From contig CM075993.1 of assembly GCA_038087875.1 (NCBI GenBank), positions 9,364,001 through 9,424,000 on the forward strand: a stretch of 60,000 nt of DNA, read 5' to 3'. Both the position numbers and the translations under genes were made by a program. The notes beneath the pieces were generated by a model. It was not told the DNA's origin and did no database searches. It worked only from the letters and a program-made list of their open reading frames with translations. Source of the DNA: Malacoraja senta. Lineage: Eukaryota. Shown here piece by piece: positions 24,892 through 37,764 of this stretch (positions are counted from its first letter, which is position 1; each line of letters opens with the position of its first letter).

Positions 24892-26437
24892 TAGCGATGT
24901 TACATAACTTACCTTCAGCGGCGCTGCGGTTCTGCCACTGACTCTGGCGCCTTTGAGAGGTGGTGCGGGATTAAAATGCCGTTTTCTACTGCTTATCAGA
25001 GGCGGACTTCCTCGGGCTGCCAGCTGCTGAAGAAAAATCGATCCGACTACCGTTCCCGATTTTTATTTTTTAATCGAGAGACAATTTAATAATTACATTA
25101 AAATAAAAAGCGACTTCTAACGCCCTCAACGCCTACAACATGACGGATCGCATGAACGGGAGAAAACAAAATGTAAGTCGTTTATTTTACATATAATCTT
25201 GTTTCTTGGGATGGCTTTAATCAAATTTTACAATGCGAAAATGTGATTTGGGCCCCATACGAACCGGCAGTGTTTTTCCTGCCGATTTTGGGTTCAAATT
25301 CACTGCAAATGCAACGTTCCATTCGATCTCGTTCCAGAAAAATCCACTCGCAAGATGATTTAAATGCTCTTTTTTTTTGGACAATCATGTCATAAGAGCA
25401 TCTAAATCGTCTATATTTTGTGTTATTGTCTATCCATAGTCAATATTTTAATACTAAATATCAGTTTTAGTCCCATGTATTGTGCAAAAAAATAATAATT
25501 TTAATTATATTGAGTGGATGTTTCTAGATTAATTTATGGGAATTAAACATTAAATTCCTTCCATCTGGCATATAAATTCATGACAGTGAGATTTAAAAAT
25601 CATGTTATATTGTGAATTCTTGTGTGAATGGGATTAGTTTGTTATTTGGATACTTAGGCTATTAAAAAAAAATATCCTTTTCCTAAGAAATGGAACCTAC
25701 AGGACATTCTTAATGGGAAGGTAGTGGGCAGGAAGGCATGTCATGCGTGGTTTGAAGAGCAAAAACTTGTAGTTTACAATGCCAAAATTGAAAAGTTGAG
25801 GAAATACAAGGTGTACAGAGTTGCTTATTGGTTACAATCTGAGGAGTATGATGATGCTACTGATTATGATATGCCAATGTACCAGCTAGCAACTGATCTT
25901 CTCCATAAAGACTTGGTCTATTGCTAGAAATTGTAATTTATTTACCTATCTGTTACGGACTTGCAGCATATAATACAATAATATTAAAGTTCTGATCTTG
26001 AGAATACCACATTTTTGAATTTTCAAGGCAGTCTGGGTGTTTATTACTATTTCCGTCACAACGGTCAATTTTGTAATTAACTACAATTAGGTAATTAACT
26101 AATTATATGCTTTAATTTCAGGTCATCCATGTAAGATGTTTTATATTTGTTTCAGAATGCTTTAAATCTATAATAACTGAAAATTTAATTCAGTTCTCTT
26201 GATTTTTAAGAAAGTTATGGGCTTTTGACTGTCCTCCATCACAGCTTTTGTGTTAAGTCAATGGAAAAGCAAAAGGAACAAGATGCTAATTTACGAGTAT
26301 GAAAATGGCCATAACTTTTTTAATACTGAAGATATGAAAATGAATTAGGTGTCAAATTAAACTTCTTTTTATGCTCTATCTGATGGGATAAATTGCAGAC
26401 TTGATTTTTTTTATCTCAAAATTTTGTAACATTGCTA
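24892..26437 (+). mobile_element. Internally deleted DNA transposon with 15-bp TIRs and 7-bp TSD
   Basis: TAGCGATGTTACATA...TTTGTAACATTGCTA flanked by GGTATAG on both sides; residual coding end at ~25695-25927. Confidence 0.8.
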
Positions 26438-26660
26438 GGTATAGATCGATCTTTTATGTGATTGTTGGCAGAAATGGGTAATCACTTGAATACTGCTACT
26501 GACCCTGAGCCCATTACAGATACTGTGTGTTAAACATCCAGAGGAGGCTGAACATTGAAGCATTTGTCTGGAACTTTGAATGAAAAACTAGGGTGTGAAT
26601 TGTGGCCAGAGGGAGGGATTGAAACCCTGGAGGGCGTGAAATACATAGAAAAGATCATTT

Positions 26661-27860
26661 TGTGGCGACCCCTGTTGGTGAGCCACGCGCATTGCGAACC
26701 CTAGGCTCTGGAGGGGGGAATCATGTGTCTTGGTGACGGGAGGTACAGGTCACGGGACGTCCCTGGGGGTTATTTAAGGTTAGGAATGCCCGTGCCTCGG
26801 GTAGTAGCAGGGAGCTGTATCGTTATTTAAAACATTAAAGATTTACTGGCTGGACCCGCCTCATTCTTGGCTGGACAGCCTAGAGTCCCGCCTCATTGGT
26901 GACCCCGACGTTCCAAAATAGGCATTTTGGAGCACAGCATGCACGCCGCCAGCACTCAACCCGCTGTTGCCGCTGACCAGGCCCAACTGAACGCAGTCGC
27001 CCTGAAGCTACCAACCTTCTGGACCTCTCAACCGTAGCTATGGTTTCAGGAGGCCGAGGCGCAATTTCATATCCGCATAACATGGGCGGGCTCGGCGACT
27101 AGAAGCCATCGGCCCTCATGAGCGAGATGCTCACGCTCATGGATGGCCACCGGCCCTGCTTGCTGTTCAAGTACGCGTTCCTTCAGCGGTTGCCGGACAA
27201 CATCCGCCTACTCCTCTCAGGGGCAAGTTTTGATGTCCACCGGGCGCTAGCGGAGCGCGCCGACGAGCTGTGGCTGGCCAGGTGGCAGGAAGTGGGCACG
27301 TTTGATCGGGTGTCCACAGCGCCCTGGAAGGCTCAGCAGCCTAGGGCCGCGCCCACCGGAGGCTCCGCTGAGTCTCTTGCTACGGGAGAAACCGGCAAAA
27401 GAATGTGGTGCTTCTACCACCAGTGCTGGGGTTCGGTGGCCCACCAATGCCGCCCGCTCTGTTCATTTCCGGGAAACGCTGGGGCCGGCTGCCGGTAATC
27501 ACCACGGTGGTCGGCCAGATTCACTGCCTGTATGCTTGGGACCGGCGCTCAGGTCAAAGATTCCTGGTGGACACGGGGGCAGAAGTCAGCCTTTTGCTCC
27601 CGGTCGGGATGGACACGCATTCTGGTAAGCGGCGGCCGTCCCAGACGAACGTATGGCATCCGCACCATTCCCCTTATCTTTGGCGTATGTCACGTCACCT
27701 GGACGTTTACCGTTACGGAAGTGGCTCAGCCGTTGCTGGGAGCAGATTTCCAGCGGGCGCAATCGCTCTTAGTTGATGTGAGGGGGCAATGCTCGTCCAC
27801 ACTTCCACTTTGGAAGCAATCTCTTTGCCCCCTACTGTATCCGCCGCGCTAATCCGCAAC
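26661..27860 (+). mobile_element. 3'-truncated CsRn1-like Gypsy element (5' LTR, PBS-Trp, gag, protease)
   Basis: LTR TG...CA 26661-26895; PBS TGGTGACCCCGACGT (tRNA-Trp) 26897-26911; gag LKLPTFW and CHCC-type CFYHQCWG..HQCRPLC; protease FLVDTGAEVS. Confidence 0.85.
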
Positions 27861-27961
27861 CCGGTGGTGTATACAAATAAAGAAGGGTTTGGACTCCAGT
27901 GTTCGATTCAGTAGTTTTACTGAACCAGACGAGGGAGAGAGTATTAGATCCGGAATCAACA

Positions 27962-28835
27962 CCTGGAGGCCACGGTTCTTAGGCTCCTGTTATTTCTTCC
28001 TGACGGTAGCAGCAAGATGGGAGCATGGGCAGAGTGGTGTTGATCTTGATGATATTAACTGCTTTCCTGTAGATCCCTTTGATGGTGAGGTCAATACCCG
28101 TGATGTAACAGGTAGTGTCAAGCACTTTCTGCAACCTCCTTTGTTCCTTGACGTTCGATTTAATGAGCGGGACTCTGAGGCTGCCAGCCAGTTTGCTCCC
28201 TATTGTACACCTGCAGAATATCAATAGAGTATTCAAGGAAATGCCAAATTTCGTCAATCTTCAAAGGAAGTAGAAGTGTTCATGAGATTTCTGTGTGATT
28301 ACATCAATGAGCTGGTCCCAGAACAGATCTTCAGAGATATGCATGCCCAAGGAATGTGAAGCTCGCAACTCTCTCCACGTTGTCCTGTTGATGATGGCAA
28401 GTTCATCAATGATCAACTTTCTCTTCCTTTAATCAACAATCAGCTCCTTGGTCTTGCTGACATTGAGAGCAAGATTGTTGTTCTGCTACCATTCAGTCAG
28501 ATTATCAATCTCACTCTTGTATTCTGACTCGTGTTACCTGTTATTTATCTAACAACAATAGTATGTCGGCAAATTTTAAAATGGATTTCGAGCAGTATCT
28601 GGGTATCCTGTCAGATTTAGAAAGAGTAGAGCAGGGGACTAAGCACGCAGCCTTGAGACGCTCCAGTGCTGATGGTCATTGAGGACAGAGTTGCTGACAT
28701 TTGTACTGATTGATGTCTGCCAATGAGGAAGTCGAGGATCTGAGAGGAATGAATTTGGTGATGAGTTTGGAAATGATGATGGTGTTGAATGCAAAGCTGT
28801 AGTTGATGAACACATCCTAACATGCATGTTCCTGT
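27962..28835 (-). mobile_element. Rex1/Babar LINE (remainder of the ERV-A host element)
   Basis: STGASQGCVLSPLLYS RT motif, QRRLQKVL motif. Confidence 0.8.
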
Positions 28836-31542
28836 TTCTAAGGTAGTAACTAAGTAACTAAGAGGGATAGGCAGCATCTCTGGGGTGAAGGAATGGGTGA
28901 CGTTTCAGGTCTCGACCCGAAACATCACCCATTCCTTCTCTCCAGAGATGCTGCCTGTCCTGCTGAGTTACTCCAGCATTTTGTGTCTATGTTCAATTTA
29001 AACCAGCATCTACAGTTCTTTCCTGCACATGTTCCTGTTTCTAGCCATACAAAGACCATGATGCCCCCCAAAAGGAAAATGCTCACTTGCCTCCTCACAA
29101 GCTATTATGAGATGAGAGAAATTGACTCCTCCTGCATTTAGTCAGGCAGATCTGATAAAGCATCAACCACCTTGTCTGCATCCTGATGTAAGCTCTCTAT
29201 TTATACCTTCATCTCAGCCCTCTAGGTCAGTATAGGTGTTGGGAACTCAACTCCAGCAAGTTCAAGAGCCTGTTTAATTGCACCCTCCAGTGCTAAGTGT
29301 CAACTCCCATGGTATGCAACCCTCTAACTTATTGTGTTATCTATTGCAGTGTCAGGATTTATGAGGAAATGGGTTTGACATACATAGCTGCCAAATTCCT
29401 TGCAGCCTTCACTTGCAACTTTCTCCACTCTGCACAAGCCTGGAAATATAGTGAACATTAGAGGCCCTGCAAAGATCGACAAAATGCTGGAGTAACTCAG
29501 CATGCCAGGAGAAAATAGATAGGTGACGTTTTGGGTCGGGACCTTTCTTCAACCTATTATTATGTTAGAGGCCTGCACCTTACTGTTTGGGTGTTTTTTT
29601 TCTGTTACTGACAGTGTTTGCTTAAATCAAGTCAATGATCAATTTTAGCATTCTACATTTATAGGCTTAATCCATGGATTTGTAAGTGGAGATAGGAGTT
29701 GGAGTGTGTGAGTATTTCAGTTACTGAGAATATACTTTATTCTGCTGTGCAATTCCCTATCTATCTAGGAGTACTTTGGTAACTAAACCTGCCTTTTTAT
29801 ATTGTACCTGTATAATGAGATCAATGTGTAGTTTTAGTCAACAGAAGAACTAGATCATGACACAGAAACAAAACATTCTCCATATTAAAGACATTAATAT
29901 TCACACAGGCAGAATTAATTGTACTGAAAAACTTAACAGGATGTGTATGAAATGCAAGCTTTGTTTTAACACACAAGGTAAATAAATCATGTAGGAAAGA
30001 ACTGCAGATGCTGGTCTAAATCGAAGGTAGACACAAAATGCTAGAGTAACTCAGCGGGACAGGCAGCATCTCTGGAGAGAAGGAATGGGTGATGTTTTGG
30101 GTTGAGACCCTTCTTCAGATAAATAAATTGGCTGGTTTATGAGGGCAAGAGCTTTAGAAGCAATTAATGGAAAAATACTAGAATCAGAATGCTGCAAGCT
30201 GAAATTATTACATGCTGGAAACAGATCTGCAAAGGGAAATTGTGCGTATGAAACCAATATATTTTAGTATCAGCAAATTGAAACAAAAGTTATAGTTTTA
30301 TGGAATTCATTTTCAGTGTTCCTGCTATAGGTATCCATGCATATAAGGAGTTAACAGTTCTGCTGATGAAACCATTTCATTGATTAGATTAATGGTTAAA
30401 ATGTATCTGCACTTGTCTGTGATTTCTGTGTATTCATAAATATAAGTGAAACTCTTTGTTGGGTGAACTTGGAGTCCAATCACATTGATGCTACAGCCAA
30501 GAAACCATACCACCACCTCTACTTCCTCAGGAGGTTTGAGGATATTCAGCATGTCTCCAATTACTTTAAACCATTTCTAGAAATGGACAGTAGAAGGTAT
30601 CCTGTTCTGAAGGGCCTCGACCCTAAACGTTACCTATTCATGTTCTCCAGATAACAAGATAAACCAATAACCAAAAAGTTCTTGAAATTTACATTAACAG
30701 CAACAATATAAGTGCAACATAAAAATAAGCACCAGTAAGATGATGGCTCCCAAATAGATTGCTGTAGATATCAATGACAGCTAATCGAAGTGTTCCATAA
30801 GAATTCCCACCTGATTCATGTGGACAACATCTTCTGATTCAATAGGAACAATTGCTTCTGATTCAATAGGAACAAAGGATTATTCAACAAAGGTAGCTGG
30901 CAGTTAAATTGAGAATATGAGACAAAGGGAGAGAAAGTATTTCCCTTAAATAGTATTTTTTTGGCTTTAATAAACATAAATGGACCCAATCTGAATACCA
31001 AGAACATTACTTTTGTTTCCAGCATTTTTTTCTCTCGCAATTTTGTCCCAGTCATAGCCAGATTAGTTAAATTTTTTGCTCTTAGTAGCTTGGCAATGAT
31101 TTTTAACTATTGTTTTATTGATGTTCTATGTTAATTAATTCCCCTTGATAATGATTGGATAATGTGTCCTCAGAACAAAATCAGTATAATTAATTAACGT
31201 GCACAAAATCATCACATTCTTAACATATAATGAGTGCACTGAACAAAATGAAAACAATGCCCTATTTATACGTAAATGTCAATAGTTCACTCTCAAGAGT
31301 GTATTCCATAGCTGCAGAATTTTATATAACTGTAACCTGTGAAGTCACTCTGCAACATTCAAGTTCATCAATCTATATGAAACAATACTTGTTTTCCATT
31401 TTGTGGTGCATGTATATCAAAAGTACAATGAAATGCCAGTTTAACAGTGCAATGTCCAACAATGTAAAATTCATTAGGAAATTCTGAAATGATGCCCTTG
31501 TTTTTACCACCTTTTTAAAAAAAAAACACGGGGAGTAAGTGC

Positions 31543-34500
31543 AAATAGTAAGATTAAACGAGAACTTACCAGTTTGAAGTTTGATCTTTATTTTATGAGG
31601 AATTACGATGAGCGATTACGTGAAGAAGTCCCGCCAGTCCGCATGTGCGTCAATCTTCAAAGCAGTGGTGTGAAATCACAGGTAACAGTAATTGAAGTAA
31701 CATAGTAAGATCAGAAACCTAGAACTACCAGATGACCTTTGTGACATGAGGGTTGGGAGCGATGGGCACGTAATCGCTCATCGTAACTCCTCATAAAATA
31801 AAGATCAAACTTCAAACTGGTAAGTTCTCATTTAATCTTACTACTTTACTTCTGAGTCACGTGAGTGATTCCGTGAAGATTTCAAAGCTCTGTGATTTCA
31901 TGCCGTGAGAAAACGAGTCTACACAACCACAACTACTTCATTGACAGATGAGGGAAACATTCATAATGAATAAATAATAATAATAGTAACCCCTCTCATC
32001 CGGGAGGAAACTATACAACTGAACCTAAAATAGAGTTGGCAAATACCCCTGGTCTGGCAATGGGTTTTTATAAAATGTTTGGAAAGTTTGTTCGTTAGAC
32101 CATCCTGCAGCCGCTAGGATGTGGTCCAGCGGAACGTAAATAACCCTTGCTGCTGATGTTGTAGCAGCCCTGGTAGAGTGAGATTTGAAAATCAGTATCT
32201 ACTCCTGCATAAACCAAACCCCGTTTCACCACCTGGAGATGGTCTGAACTGATACCTTATTATAAAGTTTTTTGTAACTAACAAGCATTGCTAGTTCAGA
32301 GCCTCTGAGGCTCTTGGTGACCTTGACATATTGTATATGTGTGACCTCACATAACCGAAGGTCCCTGGGTATGCCATGAAACTAGTTTGAGACCTGACGC
32401 CCCTTCTGCTCTGCTTAACTAAATCATAAACATAACATATTATATTATTTGCAGATGTAACTATCCTGTCCAGTCGCAATTATGTAGCGACTGAACCCGT
32501 TGCGCTGACACCAGCGCCATGAGGATAACTACCTTATGAGAGCCGGCCAAAGCTAAGGATGTAGCTGGAGCCCCCTGGTGAAGTAGTGTTAACACAATGT
32601 CAATATCCCATACTGCCCTGTACTTGTCCTGGGAGAACTTGTGTTAAAGATATCCTTTACAAACTCGATATCCGGGGGTGAAACCCGACAGAGTGGGTCC
32701 CGTTCGCTGCAGCAAATATGATGGGAAGGCACGTTGGGCACAGTTAATGGCCCTAACTCAATTATTGTCAAAGACCCATTTGAAAATGAACTCCAAGACG
32801 TCAGTAATCTGCACCGTATTAAATGTAACATTAGCATTAAACAAAATGCTTCCCATCTCCTGAAGAAGAACTGTACTGCTTTTTTGGTGCTATCCTTGCA
32901 CTCTGCAAGAGCACAAACATGGATCGGTGTGACAACCCGAGCCGTAGGAGCAGTCTACTCAGAATTTGTAAGTCAATAAATTGATTTTTATCATGCAGAG
33001 GCTGGTTTCCCGAGCCACAGGCTGAACCAGCAAAGTTTTACGTTTAGAAATATCGTATAAGGTTGTATTATTATTCCTGACAAAAGCGGGAATCATGGCT
33101 GCATAGGCCAGTCAGACAGTACGAAAACCTAAAGCAGGATCTCGCTGACTTTATTTCAAGACCCAACTGATGACGCAAAATGGAGGAAGCCATAAAAGAA
33201 CATTCCTCCTCCTTGTAGCGAGAATGTATTTCTCGCCACTGTTATGCCACATATTTTTGCAACCTGTGAATAAGCATGAAAACAACATATCGATATTCGG
33301 TGTTCCATCGAATCATAATTTCATAAATACTTTGTGCTCCAACACCCATTCTGTGTTGTCATTGATCTGTACTTGATGATACACCAGTGGCAAATAAGAT
33401 TAGGTAAATTATTACAGGATACTTTTACTTGATTGCACCCATGTGACTAACATATGCCACCACCATTGAAGTTGAGCATGCAGATTATGCATATTCACTC
33501 AATAACCCTTTAACCCATAGAATGCACCTAGTGTCTATAGATAGTTGATACCAATAACTGAAGAATTGGCAACTCATGCAAATCTCCTCCACCTCCGAAC
33601 TAGAGATGACATTCGCAATTTTCCACCTTGGAGCACTTAGCATCAGTTTATAATATAACTGAAATTTTACTGACCAAAGTACTGGAGCAATGCTCAAGTT
33701 CGTTCAATTGAGTTTATTGTCATGTGTCCCCGATAGGACAATGAAATTCTTGCTTTGCCTCAGCCCACAGAACACAGTAGGCATTTACTACAAAACAGAT
33801 CAGTGTGTCCATATACCGTTATATAAATATATACACACATGAATAAATAGACTGATAAAGTGCAAAAACAGATAATGGGTTATTAATGATCAGAGTTTTG
33901 TCCGAGCCAGTTTTGATAGCCTGAATACTGTTCGTCCATCATTGTGACTTTGGTAGCTTCAGCTGGGAACAGCATTGGTCTGTTAACAATGACCTACATG
34001 GCACTTGAGAGGTTGCTACTTTGCACGATGTCAGTCCCCCACTTGCACAGCTGAATCACAGCTATTATATTGGCAATTACTCTTAATGAATAGAAAGCTG
34101 CTTTATAACAACAAGGTTGTTACAGGTTTCTATTAACTCCAATCTCTTGCCCCAGGGCGGAGTCATAGGCTAATTAATAGTTAAAGGTAAATCCCAATAA
34201 CCAACAAGTCTATTTGGTAACAACTTAAATTTAACTGGATGGATACCCCAATTTCTCAAATATAGTTTGAGGCTGAAACAGTTGATTTTAGCAAAATACA
34301 GCATTAGGATATCATCCAGTCAAGACATAACAAGTGTTTTTGAACTCTGAGTAGTCCAAGCACCGATTTTAGTAATTTGGTAAATAACATGGGTAAATAA
34401 TTTAGCCCATTTTGCAATGCTTTACTGTTATCATTACTGTTATCATTGCCTCATCATTAGCCAATGTTATCATTCCTGAAAAATTTCAAATGTATCCGAT

Positions 34501-36262
34501 GCTCCCTGTAAATGGGAACTGAATAGAATGTATCTTTGAGATCCTTATGAAAATCAGTTGTTAGCCAGTAACGAAGTTTCCTATTCGGAAAAGTTTATAC
34601 TGCACATGCGAGTTAAACGGCATTCTCCATCTTTCACAATGAACAGGCCACGCCTGCCATCATTCCGTGCCTGCCTCGAACGACAACTCTGGCCATAATT
34701 CTGAGCCTGCCACGAAAGACAACTCTGGCCATATTTCCGATCCTGTCTCGAAGGCAGTATTGGCCATAATACTGAGCCTGCCTCAAAAGACAATTCTGGC
34801 CCTAATTCCAAACCTGCTTGGAATGCTAATATTGTGCCGCTAAGTAAATGTCTTAACCATTTGTGTGTTGTACAAATAAGTGAAAATATTACCAACTTGT
34901 AAGTGGTCCACTTACCCCATGTTGCGGAAGTGCCAGACCCACCTACCTGCCTGGTTACCTTGGTTGTAGAGTAGAACTGGTAGGGTACGTGGAACCTGTG
35001 CCCAGCTTTCACGCTGCCATCAGCGTCAGTGAACCGCTTACTGCCGATGGAGGTGTGGGGTGTGTTGTCGCCGAACCGATGAAGCTTTGCTCGTCGTTGG
35101 TACCTTGATTGGTCCGACAGCTTTTGCTTCCTCATCCGGGTTTTGCCTGTTGAATAGGTCTTACCTGAATAGAAGATTCGGTGGCTGGCTCTAATGTCCC
35201 CCTGATAGCGCTGTTCACTGCCGGCACTTGTAGTGTGAGAGGAACTCTGGCCCCTTCCGGGTATTCTGCCAACGGCTGGTAACCAACTCTTCTGGCAGCA
35301 ACACCTTCGTTTGCGAGGATTCCCTTGAAGCCATACGCATGTGCTCCAGTATGTTCCACGGACATACTTTAGAATTTGAAGTCAGTTACATACTGACCAC
35401 TCGCACTCCCCTCCACAGAGAGGGAGATTCGTAGGCAGCCCTGAAACAGGTGCTGGCTCAGGCCCCTGAGGATACCTGCGCTGATATGGCCCATCCAACG
35501 GACCTATTCCAGGATGGAACCTCACATTTGTGGGATAAACTCCCGAGTATTGACTCGGCGTCAGTATAATACTGGCGCATGCTCTCCTCCTCCAAGAGGG
35601 AGACATTAAGCAGCCCTGAAGCAGGTGCCGCTGGCGCGGGCTCTCGAAGAGGCCGGCGCTGACACTACTCCTCCTGTTGGAGTGTATCTTGGTGGAGCAC
35701 CTCTCCATTAAGAGTTCCATCCTGGACAACCGTCCAAATATGTTATCCATTACCGGAGGGGAACCCTCCCGGCCCGACTCGTCCGAGTCCATAGGCCTGA
35801 CCGACCTATTGTTGGTTTTACCCCATGTCCTGGGGACCACAGCGGTCTGGGAGCCGCTGACCGCACTGACAGCAACTCTGGTGGTGATACCGCCTTCCTC
35901 CTGGATTTACCCCTCCACGGGAACCACAGCGGCCTGGAAGCTGCTGACCGCATTGTCAGCGACTGGGATCGCTAACCCGCCGGCCGCCGGCTACCCGCGC
36001 TTCCGCGGTCTGGACTGGAGTGTCCCCACAGCCCATAGCCGGTTTCCCGCGGCCCGTCCGGACTTCGCGACAATATCCAGCAGGAAACCTCTGTAAGAAG
36101 AGGTTCCTGCAAGAAAAAACAGAACCTGGTAAGAAATACAAAACTTACCTGTAGGTTTAAACTTACCGCTGGCAGGACCGACGCGCCTGCCAGTCAGTCG
36201 CTTCGCGCATGCGGACTGGCGGGACTTCTTCACGGAATCACTCGCGTGACTCCGAAGTAAAA
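31543..36262 (-). mobile_element. DIRS1-like tyrosine-recombinase retrotransposon, full structure, ORFs decayed
   Basis: Inverted terminal repeats (31619-31645 vs ~36207-36234), ICR 31767-31879, YR motif KSHSTRAATTSAA..LDHILAAAGWSNEQTF (~32060-32190), RT xLDDIL (~34305-34322), TTT termini. Confidence 0.9.
33695..33925 (-). mobile_element. Rex1/Babar LINE 3' end inserted in the DIRS element
   Basis: Same 3' UTR (TTTATTGTCATGTGTCCC..GGACAATGAAATTCTTGC) as 14040 and 49884. Confidence 0.8.
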
Positions 36263-36855
36263 TTTAGTACATTTTCCAGAACATACAGTTAATAAATAAT
36301 TTATGTCCATGATGTTTACTGATTATTTGCTTTCCTCCCTCCCCCCCCACTCTACACATGGATTAGAAACATAGAAAAATAGGTGCAGGAGTAGGCCCTT
36401 CGAGCCAGCACCGCCATTCAATATGATCATGGCTGTACCTGTAGGCAATATAACTGCAGCTATGAAAAGCAAAGTACAATATATTGTCACCTATATGGGG
36501 CTGCCAGATATAGTAACATTCTCAGCCTATGTGGATGCTATTGCTGCATTTTCATTTTTCAATTTCAAGATGGGCTTTGTTACAGATGGATTTTTATTGA
36601 GAAAGTAACCCCAAACAGCATGAATAACATTGAACAGTACATCACAAGGACAGGCCCTTTGGCACCCAATATATGTGTCAAACATAATGCCAAGACCACA
36701 AAATCCATATCCCTCTATTCCCCACATATCCATATGCCTATCCATAGTCTCTTAAATGCTACTTTCATGTCTGCCTTAACTGCCACCCCAGCAGTGCATT
36801 TGTCTTTTATTATTGTTTGTGTATAAATAAACAAACAAATGAATAAATAACTTTT

Positions 36856-37631
36856 CAAGTATCAAGTATCTTTTATTGTCATTCAGACTTTTCAGTCTGA
36901 ACGAAATTTCGTGCCTTGCTGTCATAACAGAATAAAATAACAAAACACACAATAAACACAGATTTAACATCCACCACAGTGAGTCTACCAGGCACCTCCT
37001 CACTGTGATTGAAGGCAAAAGTCTTAAAGTCCTTGTCTCTTCCCTCCTTGTTCTCCCAAGGCGATCCAAGCTTCCGATGTTGTGAGCCCATCGGATGATG
37101 GTAAGTCCCGCGGCTGAATCCGAGGTCCGCAAACGGGCCGGTTCAAACTCCGCGGCCCGGGCCGGTCGAAGCTGCCACCCTCCAGTCCAGCGGGAGCTCC
37201 GGAGAACAGGTCACCAACCTGGGACCTGCGAGCTCCCAACGTTATCGTCCACTGGGCCCGCGGCCGAGCCTCCGAGGCTCCGAAGTCGGGTCGCCGCCGC
37301 CACAGCCCCGAAGTCGGGTCGCCACCGCCGCAACGCCACCACAGCCCCGAAGTTGGTAAGTCCTGGCTGGCTCTGCCTCCGGAGCCTCGAGGTCGGTCCC
37401 AGTTGGAGGCCGCCAGCTCCACCATTAGGCCTCAGCGCAGACGGACACGGAGACGGGGGATACGACAAGAAAAGGTCACATCCCCCCGAAGGAAGAGACT
37501 AAAACAGTTTCTCCCACCCCCCCACACATACACAACTAAAATAAAACTGAAACAAACTGTGACAACGGGACGAGAAAACAGAAAAAAAAGAAAAAACAAA
37601 CGGACTGCAGCGCCCCCACTTCATTACAATA
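36856..37631 (-). mobile_element. ~775-bp non-autonomous retroposon with GC-rich body
   Basis: 19-bp TSD AAATGAATAAATAACTTTT (36837-36855, 37632-37650); (GATACTT)n-type tail after AATAAA. Confidence 0.7.
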
Positions 37632-37764
37632 AAATGAATAAATAACTTTTGATGTTGTTTACAATTGTGTTTACCGTTCTATGTTTACATATCTGTTGTG
37701 CTGCTGCAAGTAAGAATTTCACTGTTCTGTGTTAGGACAGATTACAATAAAACACTCTTGATCT

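Larger units (their letters stand above)
13414..27961 (+). mobile_element. ERV-A: degenerate class I (gamma/epsilon-like) endogenous retrovirus, outer shell of the nest
   Basis: TGTT...AACA termini with 4-bp TSD CCTG (13410-13413, 27962-27965); 5' LTR 13414-14039 plus 18740-18754; partial 3' LTR ~27865-27961 matching 13965-14039; PBS-Pro; gag start MGNHLN..WPEGG at 26474. Confidence 0.85.
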
